Position numbers and translations under genes: made by a program | Shown here: in pieces, positions 33,719-35,371 of the stretch | Layout: every line of letters starts with the position of its first letter | Position numbering within the stretch: the first letter of the stretch is position 1 | IMG/VR virus record: IMGVR_UViG_3300030095_000481 | Coordinates: 1-35,371 of that record | From: a virus | Lineage: Duplodnaviria; Caudoviricetes | DNA: 35,371 nucleotides | Reading direction: 5' to 3' (one strand) | The notes under the pieces: model-generated | What the model saw: only the letters and a program-made list of their open reading frames with translations | Database searches by the model: none | Told to the model about the DNA's origin: nothing

Positions 33719-34530
33719 TATGCTCCTATCTCTATTGCTGTTATTGTTGAACTTCCTGTATGATTATCACTATCTTGTCGTCTATTTACATAAACTGTAC
33801 CTGATGCTTCTCTAGCAGTTGCTACTTTATAAGTCGTTTCACTGGTTGAACTTGGACTGTCTAAAAAAGTAATTGAAACATTACCCATATTACCATCATT
33901 GGCTATTGTTGCTTTTAATGAACCACTTCCAGGTTGTAATAAATTTGTTGAACCTCTAATTAAATTAAAAAATTGAGTATTGCTAGATACAGAATTATAT
34001 ATTTGCACTAAAACTAAAACCTTACTAGACGTAGCAGATGGAGTTATAGCTACACTTAAACCTGTAATATCTGCAAAGCCACCTGAGTAAGTATTTGTTG
34101 TGCTAAATGTATCTGTTTTTACTGTTTGAACAACTTGTAAAACTTTACCACCACCAGCGGCAGCAAATGTATTATCACCTCTTAAAAATGTAGTAGCATC
34201 TTTAGTTCCTGTTGCTGTTAGTTTAGCAAGAGATACTGTACTGTCAGATGGTACTCCAAGATCAAGAACATTACCAAGTATCATTACAAAATCTATTACG
34301 TCACCAGTTGCTAAGTTAGAAGCAAAAGTTAACGTAGATCCTGATACGGTAAAACTTGTTCCAGGTGATTGAAGTATGCCGTTAAGACTGCACAACACGT
34401 GATTATTCGTTTCTGGTACTACGTTAGTGCTAGCAACTTGAAGTGTGTATGCTGCTTGTCCATTAACAACAGAAATCGCATCACACTTTTGATAATTTCC
34501 TATTGTTGGCTCTTTACCTATATATGCCAT
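33718..34530 (-). CDS. Tail-tip array protein, family B
   Basis: MAYIG start, LNGILQSPG..FTVSGSTLTF domain, FLRGD linker and GGKVLQVV...EIGA domain. Confidence 0.75.
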   Translation of the reverse strand: MAYIGKEPTIGNYQKCDAISVVNGQAAYTLQVASTNVVPETNNHVLCSLNGILQSPGTSFTVSGSTLTFASNLATGDVIDFVMILGNVLDLGVPSDSTVSLAKLTATGTKDATTFLRGDNTFAAAGGGKVLQVVQTVKTDTFSTTNTYSGGFADITGLSVAITPSATSSKVLVLVQIYNSVSSNTQFFNLIRGSTNLLQPGSGSLKATIANDGNMGNVSITFLDSPSSTSETTYKVATAREASGTVYVNRRQDSDNHTGSSTITAIEIGA

Positions 34531-35294
34531 TAGCTATGCTTCCTCCCATATAATGAAAATCGTCCACTTGCTATATTGCCTGAGTTCCAAAAAAATCTAA
34601 CTCCTGAAACTGAATAGTTATCACTATTATGATATTTACTAAAACCACCACCAAAAGCGTAACCATATTCTGCACCTGTTGTTGCATATGTCTGAGTAAA
34701 CATAAAGTGTTTCCAATCAACTGTTTCGTGTACATCATATATTGTAACTTCTAAACTAGCACTTTCATAAGTTGCACTTCCAACAGCTTTTCCAAGAACT
34801 GCGTGGTCTGTACCATTACCATTACTATCATTTTGAAATGCTCCTGTATCAGCACCATCAAAAGACCATTGATAAATACTACTATCAATAATACTTCCAG
34901 CATTATTAAAAAATCTTAATTTAAATTCTTGATTATCAGTTGTCGTATGAACATTTTGAATAACTATTTTAAAATCTGAATAGTCTGTTGAAAAAGAAGT
35001 AAAATCTACTTGTGCAACTCCACTCGTTACATCAGTTGATGAAATAAATTCAAACATTCCACCACCTTTTAAATAAGAAAAATCTACTCTCTTTAAAGTT
35101 CCAGCATCAGAAACTAATAACTCATCTGTGTCTGCTGGTGTTGCACCTAAAGCAGTGTGACCAGTGATTACGTTTGCATTAAGATGTTCATTTTCAACTG
35201 CGTTGTCTGCTATCTTTGCTTCAGTAATAATATCATTTGTAATATCACTTGAAGTCAAAGCTACTGGTGCTGGTTTCTTTCCTACATATCCCAT
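34530..35294 (-). CDS. Tail-tip array protein, diverged family A paralog 1
   Basis: MGYVGKKP start, ITEAKIADNAV repeat, DELLVSDAGTLKRVD linker and SGNIASGRFSLYG end. Confidence 0.7.
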   Translation of the reverse strand: MGYVGKKPAPVALTSSDITNDIITEAKIADNAVENEHLNANVITGHTALGATPADTDELLVSDAGTLKRVDFSYLKGGGMFEFISSTDVTSGVAQVDFTSFSTDYSDFKIVIQNVHTTTDNQEFKLRFFNNAGSIIDSSIYQWSFDGADTGAFQNDSNGNGTDHAVLGKAVGSATYESASLEVTIYDVHETVDWKHFMFTQTYATTGAEYGYAFGGGFSKYHNSDNYSVSGVRFFWNSGNIASGRFSLYGRKHS

Positions 35295-35371
35295 ATTAAT
35301 TTACCTCTTATGAACTGATTGCATCTACTGCCGATACCCATACATCTAATGATGAAGCAGCTGATGAAACT
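35286..35371. repeat. 86-bp direct repeat, copy 2 (includes the 3' end of the 108-aa gene, 35308-35371)
   Basis: Identical to 771-856. Confidence 0.95.

Larger units (their letters stand above)
771..35285. mobile_element. Complete circular (permuted) temperate podovirus genome, HTVC010P-like architecture
   Basis: 771-856 equals 35286-35371, which closes a 34,515-bp circle. Packaging, head, tail, lysis, integration and regulatory genes are all present, and no host genes are seen. Confidence 0.9.

Noticed and set aside
31601-35294. Diversity-generating retroelement or invertase shufflon
   Set aside because: No reverse transcriptase, no template/variable repeat pair with adenine-specific differences, no invertase, and all genes are on one strand.
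35286-35371. 86-bp repeat as a physical direct terminal repeat
   Set aside because: It lies in the middle of the tail operon, far from the terminase genes, and its partner starts at 771, not 1. It is better explained as an assembly overlap at a branch point.

Overview
The window is an apparently complete, AT-rich temperate podovirus genome. The last 86 bp (35286-35371) are identical to 771-856, which gives a 34,515-bp circle. Bases 1-770 are an alternative version of the tail-fibre gene cassette. The minus strand carries a T7/BPP-1-like virion module: terS, terL, portal, scaffold, capsid, tail tubular proteins A and B, ejection proteins, a gp17-type fibre, an array of paralogous fibre-tip genes, an M15 endolysin with holin, and a run of very basic small proteins. 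The plus-strand early region encodes an atypical CI-like repressor, an Xis-like HTH protein, a PD-(D/E)XK nuclease, a Rad52/Sak-like annealing protein, an SSB-like protein and an XRE regulator. A tyrosine integrase sits next to an attP holding the 5' half of tRNA-Asp(GTC). No DNA polymerase, helicase, primase or RNA polymerase is recognisable. The architecture suggests an HTVC010P-like marine phage of an alphaproteobacterium such as SAR11 (inference). The most interesting signals are the swappable multi-gene tail-tip cassette, the 5'-tRNA attP, an integrase-arm-type repeat pair misplaced between terS and terL, several repeated regulatory or RNA motifs, and the basic-peptide cluster. Product calls come from motif recognition and gene order only; no database searches were run.
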